NCBI GenBank assembly: GCA_963765195.1
Contig: CAVXVV010000039.1
Location: 222,822-286,821 of the forward strand
Direction of reading: 5' to 3'
Length of the DNA: 64,000 bases
Source of the DNA: an uncultured Candidatus Rokubacteria bacterium
GTDB lineage: Bacteria > Methylomirabilota > Methylomirabilia > Rokubacteriales > DASRDR01
Shown here: positions 55,110-64,000 of the stretch, in pieces
Layout: each line of letters starts with the position of its first letter
Position numbering within the stretch: the first letter of the stretch is position 1
The notes under the pieces: model-generated
Told to the model about the DNA's origin: nothing
What the model saw: only the letters and a program-made list of their open reading frames with translations
Database searches by the model: none
Position numbers and translations under genes: made by a program

Positions 55110-57599
55110 ATGACGCCCATCGTCGGTCTCTTCCTGGTCGCGCTGATCGAGGTGGCGCTGGCCAGTGTGGTGTGGCTCCGGAATCCGACCCGTGCGGTCA
55201 ATCGGTGGTTCGCCACCTTCGCGATGACCCTCGCCGTGTGGGGCACGCTGGTCGGGGTCCGCCGGAGCCTGAGCGACCCGGTCGTTGTTCTCGGCGTGGT
55301 GCGGGTCCTCTTCGCCGTGGCGGCGCTCGTCCCGGTGACGTTCACCCACTTCGCCGTGGTATTCCCACGGCCGGCGGCGCGGCGGCCCGCGCTGGCCCAG
55401 ATGCTGACCTTCCTCGGCCTGTTCATGTCGGGCCTGTCGTTCTCGCCCTGGATCGTCGCCGACGTGCGGCTCCAGATGGCGAACTACCTGCAGCCCGTGT
55501 ACGGCCCGGCGTTCTGGCTGCTGGGCGCGCACATGATCGTGTGCTCCACGTGGGCGCTCGCGCACCTGGCGGGGAAGCTCCGGCACACCACCGGCTTCGC
55601 CCGGGCTCAGATTCACTACGTCTTCCTCGGGGCCGGCCTGACCGCGGCGGGCGCCCTCACCCTGGGCGTCGTGGTGCCGCTCGTCACCGGATCCTCGCGC
55701 TTCGGCGTGTACGGGCCCTACTTCACGCTGCTCTGGCTCGGCTTCACCGCGCACTCCATCGTCCGCCACCGGCTCATGGACGTGCGGGTCGTCATCAGCC
55801 GGTCCGCGGCCTACGCCGCCGGCTGGATGCTGATCGCGGCCTTCCTGATCGGTGGCGAGATCGTGCTCGACGCACTATTCCCCGGATCGAACCCGACGCT
55901 CTCGCCGGCGGGCGCCGTGGTGCTGGGCCTGGCCGCGTCCGCCTTGTTCCTCGGACTCGCGCCGCGCATGCGTCGCCTGGCGGACCGGTATCTGTACCGG
56001 CCGGCCTACGACGCGCGGGCCCTGGTCCGCGAGGGCAGCCGGGCGATGGGCACCTTCGCGGACCCCACGCGCGTCGCGACGGCCATGGCGGATCTCATCG
56101 ACCGGGCACTCCACCTCGAGAGTCTCGCGATCCTCGTACGGATCCGGGACCGCGACGCCTTCGCGCCGCTCGTGACGCGGCACGTCCACGCGGCCGCCAC
56201 GTGGCCCACCGAGGTGATGTCCGGGGCGCACGCGCTGGTCCGCGAGCTGTCGGACGGCGCGGCCGCGCTCGTCCGGAACCACGTCGGCTCCCGGCCCTCG
56301 AGCGCGGACCCGGGCGCCGTGCTGCGGGATCTCCGCGCCTGGGGCGCCGATGTGGCCGTGCCCGTCCGGGACGGGCGGCTGATGGCCATGATCCTCGTCG
56401 GCCCCAAGCTCTCCGGGGACTCCTTCCACGGGGACGAGCTCGATCTCCTGGAGACCCTGGCCAGCGAGCTCGCCATCGGTCTCAAGAACGCGCAGCTGTA
56501 TCACGAGATCGTCTCGATCAAAGAGTACAACGAGCGGCTCCTGGGGCGGATGGACTCGGGTGTGATCGCGGCCCGAGAGGACGGCGTCGTCACGACGTTC
56601 AACCCCGCCGCCGAGCGGATCCTCGGCATCGAGGCGGCCCGTGTCGTGGGCCGCCCGCTCGAGGCCCTGGACCCGGCGATTCGGGCCGTGCTCCGGTCGA
56701 GTCTCGTCGACCATTCCGAGTCCGAGACCGAGGTGACCGTGACCCTGCCCGAGGGGCGCGCGCTGCCCCTGATCGTCCACACCTCGGCGCTTCACGATCA
56801 CAAGGGCGCGGTCAGCGGGGCCATCGCGGTGCTCAACGACCACTCCCGGCTCAAGGCCCTCGAGGAGGACAAGCGGCGCACCGATCGCCTCTCGGCCCTC
56901 GGCGCGATGGCCACCGGCATCGCCCACGAGATCCGGAATCCCCTGGTGGCGATCAAGACGTTCGCCGAGCTCCTCCCCGAGCGGGCTGACGACCACGAGT
57001 TCCGCTCGACCTTCGCGAAGGTCGCCGTCAAGGAGATTCACCGCATCGAGCAGCTCCTGGGCCAGCTCCGGGCCCTCGCCGTGCCCTCGTCCTTCCCGCT
57101 CCGCCCGCTCGACCTCCAGGTGCCGCTGGCCGAGACGCTCGACCTCCTCCGCGGCGAGGCCGATCGCCGGCGGGTGCGCTCCGTGGTCGAGATCGAGCAC
57201 GACCTGCCGCCGATCCTGGGCGAGCTCGACCAGCTGAAGCAGCTCTTCCTGAACCTCTTCCTGAACGGGCTGGAGGCCATGACCGCGGGCGGCACCCTGA
57301 CGGTCACCGTCCGGGCCGACCGCGAGCGCGCGGACCGCGGCGTGATCACGGTGCGGGTGACGGACACCGGGCCCGGAATTCCCCGGGAGGACTTGGGCCG
57401 GGTCTTCGAGCCCTTCTTCACGACGAAGTCCACCGGCACCGGTCTCGGCCTCGCGATCTGCCGCAGCATCGCGGACGCCCACCGGGCGGCGCTCTGGGCC
57501 GATCCCGGGCCCGCCGGCCTCGGCACGACGTTCGTCGTGCAGTTCCCCACGCTCGTGGGCTCCGTCACCGAGACCGTGCGGCCCGAGGTGGCGCGGTGA
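55110..57599 (+). CDS. Sensor histidine kinase (N-terminal 7TM block, GAF/PAS-like middle, HisKA, HATPase_c)
   Basis: Seven hydrophobic helices at the N-terminus. H-box [11 protein letters not shown]-box [12 protein letters not shown]-boxes DTGPGI and GTGLGL. 829 aa. Confidence 0.9.
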   Translation: MTPIVGLFLVALIEVALASVVWLRNPTRAVNRWFATFAMTLAVWGTLVGVRRSLSDPVVVLGVVRVLFAVAALVPVTFTHFAVVFPRPAARRPALAQMLTFLGLFMSGLSFSPWIVADVRLQMANYLQPVYGPAFWLLGAHMIVCSTWALAHLAGKLRHTTGFARAQIHYVFLGAGLTAAGALTLGVVVPLVTGSSRFGVYGPYFTLLWLGFTAHSIVRHRLMDVRVVISRSAAYAAGWMLIAAFLIGGEIVLDALFPGSNPTLSPAGAVVLGLAASALFLGLAPRMRRLADRYLYRPAYDARALVREGSRAMGTFADPTRVATAMADLIDRALHLESLAILVRIRDRDAFAPLVTRHVHAAATWPTEVMSGAHALVRELSDGAAALVRNHVGSRPSSADPGAVLRDLRAWGADVAVPVRDGRLMAMILVGPKLSGDSFHGDELDLLETLASELAIGLKNAQLYHEIVSIKEYNERLLGRMDSGVIAAREDGVVTTFNPAAERILGIEAARVVGRPLEALDPAIRAVLRSSLVDHSESETEVTVTLPEGRALPLIVHTSALHDHKGAVSGAIAVLNDHSRLKALEEDKRRTDRLSALGAMATGIAHEIRNPLVAIKTFAELLPERADDHEFRSTFAKVAVKEIHRIEQLLGQLRALAVPSSFPLRPLDLQVPLAETLDLLRGEADRRRVRSVVEIEHDLPPILGELDQLKQLFLNLFLNGLEAMTAGGTLTVTVRADRERADRGVITVRVTDTGPGIPREDLGRVFEPFFTTKSTGTGLGLAICRSIADAHRAALWADPGPAGLGTTFVVQFPTLVGSVTETVRPEVAR

Positions 57600-58102
57600 G
57601 GAGCGTCTGTTCGGCCGGAGCCCCCGACGAGGCGCGCGGCAAGCTTCTTGGTGACGCATTGCCGGCGGCGGTGATGGTCCAGCTCGAGCCGGTGCTGGCC
57701 GCCCCGCGGGTCAGCCGGACGGTGGTACTGCGGATCCAGCAGGAAGGCGACCGCGCGGTGCAGGACCTGACGGCCACTTGCTCGCCCATCCCGTGGGGCG
57801 GCCGCGGCGAGATCGGTCTCCTCCTGAACGCGGTGGACGCCATGCCGCACGGCGGGGCCATCACGCTCGAGACGCGCGAAGCGGGCAACCGGGTGCTCCT
57901 GTCGATCGCCGACACCGGAACCGGTATCGCGCCCGACGCCCGGCGGCGGATCTTCGAGCCGTTCTTCACCACCAAGGAGAGCGGGACGGGGCTCGGGCTC
58001 TCCATCGTCTCGGGGATCATCTCGAGCTACGGCGGGACCATCGACGTCGACTCGGAGGTCGGGCGCGGCACGACCTTCACGATCCGCCTGCCGCGCGCCT
58101 AG
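57596..58102 (+). CDS. HATPase_c-only histidine-kinase-like protein (no H-box; possibly a decayed kinase gene)
   Basis: GTGA overlap with the upstream kinase stop. The C-terminal ~110 aa have N-box [10 protein letters not shown]1 DTGTGI and G2 GTGLGL. The N-terminal ~55 aa have no DHp/His motif. Confidence 0.5.
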   Translation: MRSVCSAGAPDEARGKLLGDALPAAVMVQLEPVLAAPRVSRTVVLRIQQEGDRAVQDLTATCSPIPWGGRGEIGLLLNAVDAMPHGGAITLETREAGNRVLLSIADTGTGIAPDARRRIFEPFFTTKESGTGLGLSIVSGIISSYGGTIDVDSEVGRGTTFTIRLPRA

Positions 58103-58119
58103 GGGCGCCGGACGCGGCG

Positions 58120-58974
58120 CTAGGAAGCGGCTGGCGCCGGCCCCAACCTGATCGCCAGGCTCGTGCCCAGGATGAGCGAGGCGGTGATGCTCTCGGGCCG
58201 CTTGTCGGCGCCGAAGACGATCCGCGCCGGCTCGTCCTCCCGGGCCCACGACGAGAACCGGGTCATGTCCAGCAGCGCGGTCGCCCGCCCGTTCGCCTCG
58301 GTCGCCACGCGAAGCTCGAACGGCACGAGCTCGGCCCGGTAGCGCCGCTCCGCATCGTCCGGGCGCTCACCCGGGATTCGCTGGCGACGGACGACTCGGG
58401 TCACCAGCCGCCCGTCTGGCTCCGCGGGCCACCGGTTTTCTGCGTAGTTCAGCGTCGCGCTCACGACGTCGTCCACGTGCGCACCGGCCGGCATCGCCAC
58501 CGTGTCGTCGGTCACCCGGAGCCGCCGGAGGAGGAACGTCTCGCTCCGCCCCTGATAACGGATCACGCGCTGCGAGTAGTCGAACGTGATCTCCAGCCGG
58601 GACTCCCGGCCGTAGACCAGGAACCGGTCCGCGAACCGGAGCGGCGCCCAGCGCCCGTCCCGGAGGACCCCCGTCGACTCGATCTCGGTGGTCATGTCCG
58701 AGCCACGGCCGGTGATCCGGACTTCGTAGCGTCCGGCATTGCGATCGATCGTCTCGTCGATGGCGCCACTCTCCTCGAACCGGAAAGCGCCGAAGAGAAG
58801 CGCGGCGCGGGCGTTGAAGGATCCTTTGCGGTTCTCCGTCGCCGCGGCGGCGCTCCACCGCGGGCGAGCCAGCGCCCAGGCAAGCGTCATCCCGAGCAGC
58901 GCGCGACGACCGAGGGTGGGCTGGCCGTTCGACGCGGAGGCCGCCATGCTCTCAGCCGGCCTGCGGGTATCCAT
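58120..58974 (-). CDS. Hypothetical exported protein (Tat-like RRALLG signal; beta-rich)
   Basis: 284-aa ORF with high GC3. N-terminal GRRALLGMTLAWALA. I am not confident of any family. An alternative start lies at 58947. Confidence 0.6.
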   Translation of the reverse strand: MDTRRPAESMAASASNGQPTLGRRALLGMTLAWALARPRWSAAAATENRKGSFNARAALLFGAFRFEESGAIDETIDRNAGRYEVRITGRGSDMTTEIESTGVLRDGRWAPLRFADRFLVYGRESRLEITFDYSQRVIRYQGRSETFLLRRLRVTDDTVAMPAGAHVDDVVSATLNYAENRWPAEPDGRLVTRVVRRQRIPGERPDDAERRYRAELVPFELRVATEANGRATALLDMTRFSSWAREDEPARIVFGADKRPESITASLILGTSLAIRLGPAPAAS

Positions 58975-59068
58975 GATCGGATGGTATCAGACGAGCGCGG
59001 CTCCCCCCTGCCCGCGGCCACGACCTCCGGCGGTTGCCCGAAACGCCGTATGGCCGCAAGATTCCCGC

Positions 59069-59704
59069 GTGCGGGCGAGCCGCGTCGCGCTGGTCGTACT
59101 GCTCGCGGGGACGCTGATCGCCCTCGGCTGGGCGCTCTGGCCGACGGCGCCGCGCCGGGTTGCGGGCATGGGCCCGCCACCGGAGGGCTCCCGGGTCGTG
59201 TTCCTCGGCGATAGCATCACGCACGGGCACCGTCTGTCTGCGGAGCTGGCGTACCCGCATCGGGTCGGGCTGGCCCTCGGAATCCCCGTCGTCAACGCGG
59301 GAATCTCGGGAGACACAACCGCGGGCGGCCTCGCGCGCCTCGACCGGGACGTGCTGGCTCACCGGCCGAGGCTGGTCGTGGTTGCGCTGGGCGTCAACGA
59401 CATGCTCGGGCAGTGGCCCCGGAAAGGCACCGTCCAGAATCTCCGGACGATCACGCAACGGATCCGCGCGCAGGGCGCCGCCGTGATCCTCCTGCATATC
59501 AGCCTGCCGGGCGTCCCAGGTGACGGCCACCGCAAGGACTTCCGGGACATCGCCCGCGCGGAGAACGCGATCCTGGTCGAGGACTTCCTCCGTGGGGTGG
59601 TGCCGGGGCACACCTACGACGGGCTGCACCCGGACGAGCAGGGCCAGGCCATGCTCGCGGAGCGGCTCCTGCCCGTCCTGCGCGTCGCCCTGGGCCGCAC
59701 GTGA
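59069..59704 (+). CDS. SGNH/GDSL hydrolase (arylesterase/TesA-like)
   Basis: Block I FLGDSIT, block II GISGDT, block III GVND, block V DGLHP. A GTG at 59069 gives a signal-anchor N-terminus. Confidence 0.8.
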   Translation: MRASRVALVVLLAGTLIALGWALWPTAPRRVAGMGPPPEGSRVVFLGDSITHGHRLSAELAYPHRVGLALGIPVVNAGISGDTTAGGLARLDRDVLAHRPRLVVVALGVNDMLGQWPRKGTVQNLRTITQRIRAQGAAVILLHISLPGVPGDGHRKDFRDIARAENAILVEDFLRGVVPGHTYDGLHPDEQGQAMLAERLLPVLRVALGRT

Positions 59705-59983
59705 TCCGGTGGACCCGGCCGGCCGGCGTCAACTCGATCCACGCGCTCCTGGTTCGCACTGGCGGGCGGAGCGACGCTCGTGGCCCCTAGGGAGCGACGA
59801 CTCGTTGCGGCCCTCGTGCTGTCGGCCCTCCTTGTCACGGGGTGCGCCACAGGGGCGCGGCCAGCGGCCACTCAGCCGCCCCCTCGGCGGACAGCGCGCC
59901 GAGCGCTCAGGCTGCGCCGGCGCCCGCTCCTTACACCAACAGCGAGTTGGCGGCGGAGCTGCATTGCCAAGGTGTCGGGGTCT

Positions 59984-60319
59984 AGCGGATCCTGCCAGGA
60001 CCGCGGGCAGCTCGAGCGATTCGAGCGTCGGCACCTCGGTCTTCACGCGGCGAAGCACCGCTCCCGAGACGCTCATCGCGCGGTAGCAGTTCACGCGGAA
60101 GCGGCCGAGGATCGGGTGCATGTGCGACAGGTTCGCCTCGCCGCGCTCGGCGAAGACGGCTCGCTCCCGGACCGGCAGTAGGCGCTCCACTCGACGTGTC
60201 GGCGCGGAAGACGTCGCCCGGCTTACACCACCGATGCGGGCCCTTCGCAGGCGGCCTGAGCAGATCCGAGCGCGATCAGAGGAGGGGGCGCGACCGAGGC
60301 GAGGCTCGCGCGGGCGAGG
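59984..60319 (-). pseudogene. PilT-type twitching ATPase remnant (N-terminal domain only, degenerate)
   Basis: The frame opens right after the mltA stop. ...SSDRARICSGRLRRARIGGV...VFAERGEANLSHMHPILGRFRVNCYRAMSVSGAVLRRVKTEVPTLESLELPAVL follows the PilT N-domain pattern (ASDLHL..G.PP..RI.G, DFS....GRFRVN, LR.I....P.L..L.LP). There is no start codon, no Walker A and no ATPase core. Confidence 0.55.
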
Positions 60320-61546
60320 CTACGGCGCTTTGCCGGTCGCGGCGCGGGGCACGAGGAAGTAGAGACGGCCGGGCTGCCGCATGAGACCGGCCGCGAACGC
60401 CGCCGCCTCCCCCCGTCCCCAGAAGAAGTCGACCCTGCCTGCCCCCCGGATGGCGCCACCCGTGTCCTGATTCAGCACGAACCGCGCGAGTCGGACCCAG
60501 CGGACGCTGCCGTCGGCCGCCCGCTCCGGCCGCTCGGTCTCGATGAAGGCCAAGGCGCCCGGCGGGAAGAGCCGCGCGTCCGTCGCGACGGAGCGGCCGG
60601 GCGTAAGAGGGCGCCCCAAGCTTCCTTCGGGCGGCCCCGGCAGCGGCCGGAAGAAGACGTAGGACTCGTTGTGCTGGAGAACGCGCTCCCGCTGGTCCGG
60701 ATGGGTGCGGAGCCACTCGCGAATGGCCTGCATGGACATGGCCTCGCGTGGCACGTGACCCTCGTCGATCAGGAGGCGCCCGATGGCCCGGTACGGCCGG
60801 CCGTTTGCGCCGGCGTAGCCAACGCGGCGCTCGCGGCCGTCGGGGAACCGCAGCGTGCCGCTCCCCTGCACCTCCATGAAGAACAGGTCGACCGGGTCGC
60901 GGGCCCACGCGAGCTCGAGACCGCGGCCCGCGAGGCGCCCGGCATCGATCTCGGCCCGTCGCCAGTACGGCACCAGCCGGCGTCCTTCGAGGCGCCCGAA
61001 CAGCCGCTCGCCTCGGAAGCGCGGATCGAATGCCTCGAGGGGCACCTCGACCAGATCGCCGGGCAGGCCGAAGACCGGCACGGCGTAGTCCGGCGTCGGC
61101 TGCTCGGACGCGTCGATCACCGGTTCGTAATAGCCGGTAACGAGCATTTCCCCATCCGCTCCGCCCGCAGCCTCGAGAGGCTCGAACCGGTCATGGATGT
61201 ACGCGGCCAGGCGGTCCGGCTCCGGCGCCGGCCCCTCCGACATGACGCCGAGCAGGCCCTGGAGCGCACGCGTCTGCTCCGCCACCGTGATGCGACGGGG
61301 GCCCGCCACCAATACCCGATCGGCCGGCTGCGCCGAGAGCCAGGCGAGGCTCTCCACGAGCGCCGCGCGCAGCGAGGCGGGATCGCCGTCATCCCGCAAG
61401 GTGGGAGCAGGCCCGATCGGACGCAAGGCCGACGCCGGCTCCGTCACGGCAGGCTTCCGCCAGGCGGCGCACCCGGCCCCCAGCGCGAGAGCCGTGAGCA
61501 GGGCCACTGCCGCCGGCCGGCGCGCGAAGACGGGCCGCGCGGTCAC
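60320..61546 (-). CDS. mltA: Membrane-bound lytic murein transglycosylase A (MltA)
   Basis: Lipobox LALGAGC. MltA-domain VTGYYEP and EVQGSG. 3D-domain DTGGAIRG. 408 aa. Confidence 0.85.
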   Translation of the reverse strand: MTARPVFARRPAAVALLTALALGAGCAAWRKPAVTEPASALRPIGPAPTLRDDGDPASLRAALVESLAWLSAQPADRVLVAGPRRITVAEQTRALQGLLGVMSEGPAPEPDRLAAYIHDRFEPLEAAGGADGEMLVTGYYEPVIDASEQPTPDYAVPVFGLPGDLVEVPLEAFDPRFRGERLFGRLEGRRLVPYWRRAEIDAGRLAGRGLELAWARDPVDLFFMEVQGSGTLRFPDGRERRVGYAGANGRPYRAIGRLLIDEGHVPREAMSMQAIREWLRTHPDQRERVLQHNESYVFFRPLPGPPEGSLGRPLTPGRSVATDARLFPPGALAFIETERPERAADGSVRWVRLARFVLNQDTGGAIRGAGRVDFFWGRGEAAAFAAGLMRQPGRLYFLVPRAATGKAP

Positions 61547-61983
61547 CGGCCGAGACGGCTACGAATCCGGAGGATTCGGTCGGCGCGCTCGACGCGCGAC
61601 AGACACACCGGGTCGTGCGAGACGGCGAACACCGGGTCGTGCGGGGCGGGATCCGAGGCGAGGCGCGGGATCAGGTGCCAGTGCATGTGCGGAACCACAT
61701 TGCCGAACAGCGCGTAGTTGACCTTGCGGGCGTCGAACGCCAGCTTGAGCGCGCGCGCCACGTCGCTCACCTCGTCCATGACCCGCGCCCGCTCGTCCCG
61801 CTCCAGGTCGTACAGCTCCGTCGCGTGGCGGCGCAGCACCAGCACCGACCAGCCCGGGAAGAACTGGTCCGTGTGGAGGTAGAGGACGCTCTCGCGAAGC
61901 TCCGAGATGCGATCCGCGGGATCAGGCCACCGGCCCCCGCAGGCGCTGCACGCTGCGGGACCCGCCATCGCGTCGCCGGTCAC
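61543..61983 (-). CDS. HIT-family protein
   Basis: Histidine triad HMHWHLIPR. 146 aa. Start-stop overlaps with both neighbours. Confidence 0.85.
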   Translation of the reverse strand: MTGDAMAGPAACSACGGRWPDPADRISELRESVLYLHTDQFFPGWSVLVLRRHATELYDLERDERARVMDEVSDVARALKLAFDARKVNYALFGNVVPHMHWHLIPRLASDPAPHDPVFAVSHDPVCLSRVERADRILRIRSRLGR

Positions 61984-63512
61984 GCACAGAGCGGCGGCCG
62001 GCGTCGGTGCCAGTCGGTCGCCTGCTGATAGGCGTGCGCCACGTTCAGGAGGGTGCTCTCGCCCCAGTGCGGCGCGGTGAGCTGGATGCCGATCGGCAGG
62101 CCCTCCGCATCGAACCCACAGGGGAAGGTCAGCGCGGGCACGCCGGGATAGTTGAGGGGCGCCGTGTAGTTGCGCGGGGACAGCGGCTCGAGCAGGCGTC
62201 CGCTCTCGTCCATCTTAGGCGCCGTCTGCGCACGACCGGGGAGCGCCAAGACGTCCACTCGCGCGAACAGCCGGCGGAGCGCGAACGCAAAGCGGTCCGA
62301 GGCGCGTCGCGCGTCGAGGTACTCCACCGCCGATGTCCGGATACCGGCCTCGAGACGCTCCCGCACCTCGGGAATCAGGTCCCCGGGCCGCTCCGCCAGG
62401 GCTCGCCGGTACTCCGTCGCGGCCTCCGACCGGATGAGGATGGGGCTCGCATCGGCGGCCGCCTCCCATTCCGGCAGCTCCACGTCCTCGATCGAGAGCC
62501 CGAGACGGCGCAGCTCGCCGAGCGCCGTCTCGACGGCGTTCCCGATGCCGGGCGCGAGCAGGTCCCACAGATAACTCCCGCGGAGCACGCCGATCCGGAG
62601 CGGACGCACGGGCCGGACGGTCTCCCGCGCGTAGTCGGGCACGGGCGCGTCCACGGACGTCGGGTCGAGCGGGTCGTAGCCCGCCATCGGCTGGAGCAGG
62701 AGCGCGGCGTCGAGCGCCGACCGCGTCATCGGCCCCACGTGGTCGAGCGTCGTGGCCAGCGCGACCACTCCGCGGAGCGGCACGCGCCCGTACGTCGGCA
62801 TCAGACCCGTGACGCCCGACCAGTGCGCGGGGCCCCGGATCGAGCCACCCGTATCGCTCCCGAGGGCGCCGGGCGCCAGGCCTCCGGCCAGCGCGGCCGC
62901 CGCGCCCATGCTGGAGCCGCCGGTGAAGCGAGTCGGGTCCCAGGGGTTCCGGGACGGCCCGTAGTGGTACGCGTTCAGGGGCCCGTAGGCGAACTCGGGG
63001 GTGTTCGACTTCCCGAAGATGATCGCGCCGGCGGCCCGCATCCGGGTCACCACGCTGGCGTCCTCGTCGGGCACGCACACGAGTACCTTGGACCCTCCGG
63101 TCGTCCGCGCGTCTCGCGTCCAGCAGAGATCCTTGACGGCGACGGGCACGCCGTGGAGCGGGCTCCGGGGCCGGCCGGCCGCCAGCTCGCGCTCGGCGAC
63201 GCGGGCCTCCTCGAGGATCCTCTCCGGCTCCAGGGTGATGAACGCGTTCAACCTGGGCTCGAGCCGCTCGCAGCGCCGGAGCAGCGCCCGGCAGAGCTCG
63301 ACCGGCGACAGTGACCGATCGGCGAGCCTGGGTCCGAGGTCGGCGATGCTGGAATATCCGAGCTCGACGTCACTCAACGGAGCATCCCCCAGTCGCGGGC
63401 CCCCGCGCGGGGGTCCCGCCGCGCGATCTGAAGCTGCGCGCGAGCAGCTCGGCGCGGGCGCTCGCGGCCCGTCGCCGGTCGGCCTTTCGGCGGTCGTCAG
63501 GTGACCCGTCAC
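61980..63512 (-). CDS. Amidase-signature (AS) family amidase
   Basis: GGSSMGAAAALA...GSDTGGSIRGPA signature and KDL. The maximal ORF is given, but the first ~45 codons are Arg/Pro-rich. A TTG at 63377 is a plausible true start. Confidence 0.85.
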   Translation of the reverse strand: MTGHLTTAERPTGDGPRAPAPSCSRAASDRAAGPPRGGPRLGDAPLSDVELGYSSIADLGPRLADRSLSPVELCRALLRRCERLEPRLNAFITLEPERILEEARVAERELAAGRPRSPLHGVPVAVKDLCWTRDARTTGGSKVLVCVPDEDASVVTRMRAAGAIIFGKSNTPEFAYGPLNAYHYGPSRNPWDPTRFTGGSSMGAAAALAGGLAPGALGSDTGGSIRGPAHWSGVTGLMPTYGRVPLRGVVALATTLDHVGPMTRSALDAALLLQPMAGYDPLDPTSVDAPVPDYARETVRPVRPLRIGVLRGSYLWDLLAPGIGNAVETALGELRRLGLSIEDVELPEWEAAADASPILIRSEAATEYRRALAERPGDLIPEVRERLEAGIRTSAVEYLDARRASDRFAFALRRLFARVDVLALPGRAQTAPKMDESGRLLEPLSPRNYTAPLNYPGVPALTFPCGFDAEGLPIGIQLTAPHWGESTLLNVAHAYQQATDWHRRRPPLCA

Positions 63513-63663
63513 CCTCCCACCGACCGCGGCGCTCGCCGAGCCGGCGATCCATGACGACTTCCACTCCCGGCGTCTGACCCAATCCCCACTGGAAGTAATC
63601 GTAGAGCTCCGCCTGGTCGCGGCCCGCGACGATGAGGACGCCTGGCCCGGTCGCGCCCGCCAC
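63370..63663 (-). CDS. Hypothetical small protein with an Arg-rich DRRxGERR...DRR tail - weak call
   Basis: A GTG lies 5 nt after the YbaK-like stop. GVLIVAGRDQAELYDYFQWGLGQTPGVEVVMDRRLGERR resembles a recurrent small-protein pattern. It overlaps the maximal amidase ORF in another frame. Confidence 0.35.
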   Translation of the reverse strand: MAGATGPGVLIVAGRDQAELYDYFQWGLGQTPGVEVVMDRRLGERRGRWEGDGSPDDRRKADRRRAASARAELLARSFRSRGGTPARGPATGGCSVE

Positions 63664-63668
63664 CCTGC

Positions 63669-64000
63669 TCAGCCCCGCTGGGGCAACGCGAGCTCCTCCA
63701 CCACCTTCGCCGCGGGCATCCGGCGGAAGACCTCGGGAGCGATGCGGATCTTGCCGTTCCGGCCGCCGGTGCCGAGGATGATCCAATCGAGATCCATGAC
63801 GCGGGAGTCGACGTAGAGCGGCAATCCATCGGGAAGGCCAAAGGCGGTCACGCCGCCGACCGTCATGCCCGTCAGCGCGCGCATCTCCTCCGGCGAGGCG
63901 AAGGAGCATTTCGTGCTTCCCAGCAGGTCACGGACCGCATGGTTCACGTCGAGTCGAGTCGGGGCGAGAATCACGCAGGCCGCGTACTGCTTGGGCTCCT
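63669..64000 (-). CDS. YbaK/EbsC-type aminoacyl-tRNA deacylase domain protein (C-terminal part; gene continues beyond window)
   Basis: ...TGMTVGGVTAFGLPDGLPLYVDSRVMDLDWIILGTGGRNGKIRI fits the YbaK editing-domain C-terminus. The frame is open to the window edge. Confidence 0.7.
   Translation of the reverse strand, partial: EPKQYAACVILAPTRLDVNHAVRDLLGSTKCSFASPEEMRALTGMTVGGVTAFGLPDGLPLYVDSRVMDLDWIILGTGGRNGKIRIAPEVFRRMPAAKVVEELALPQRG

Noticed and set aside
59780-59990. Plus-strand ORF beginning with a lipoprotein signal (…LVLSALLVTGC) as a real small lipoprotein gene.
   Set aside because: After the lipobox the frame encodes Arg/Pro-rich nonsense and overlaps the PilT fossil. A shifted frame gives a low-complexity Ala/Pro/Ser tail that could arise by chance. 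It is treated as part of the decayed region, not as a gene.
1-64000. CRISPR arrays, tandem repeats, IS elements, integrases, rRNA/tRNA genes.
   Set aside because: Reading through all intergenic regions (the largest are ~440, ~390, ~290, ~260, ~255 and ~220 bp) showed no regularly spaced repeats, no terminal inverted repeats and no transposase- or integrase-like translations.

Overview
GC-rich (about 70% G+C by eye, not computed), densely packed bacterial chromosomal segment. I count about 65 protein-coding genes or gene remnants on both strands, many joined by ATGA/GTGA start-stop overlaps. I found no rRNA, tRNA, CRISPR array, transposase, integrase or prophage genes. Content is housekeeping and accessory metabolism. 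It includes a YbbA/YbbP-type ABC exporter, an AddB-AddA helicase-nuclease pair, and several LLM-type (luciferase-like monooxygenase family) flavin/F420 oxidoreductases. It also includes an aldehyde:ferredoxin oxidoreductase next to a Liv-type (HAAT) ABC importer, an orphan CoxL-like molybdopterin subunit operon, and AmpG-NagZ plus MltA (cell-wall recycling). Further genes are a stand-alone FabF-ACP pair, a 7TM-GAF adenylate cyclase, a 7TM-GAF/PAS histidine kinase, a MocR regulator and many small redox or cupin proteins. This mix is typical of high-GC soil or sediment bacteria, but taxonomy cannot be assigned from the sequence alone. I did not find a convincing self-contained novel system such as a defence island or biosynthetic cluster. 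The things most worth a second look are: (1) at least eight truncated or internally deleted gene remnants with no mobile element nearby; (2) a 752-aa secreted protein resembling a family-5 solute-binding protein (SBP), translationally coupled inside a Liv-type ABC operon; (3) a FabF-ACP-deleted-KS module followed by a 7TM histidine kinase and an ATPase-only kinase fragment; (4) an AddA whose C-terminal nuclease motif appears to lack the catalytic D-x-K; (5) a divergent trio of uncharacterised secreted and membrane proteins next to an orphan CoxL-like operon. All family calls come from motif recognition by eye in the supplied translations. No searches were run.
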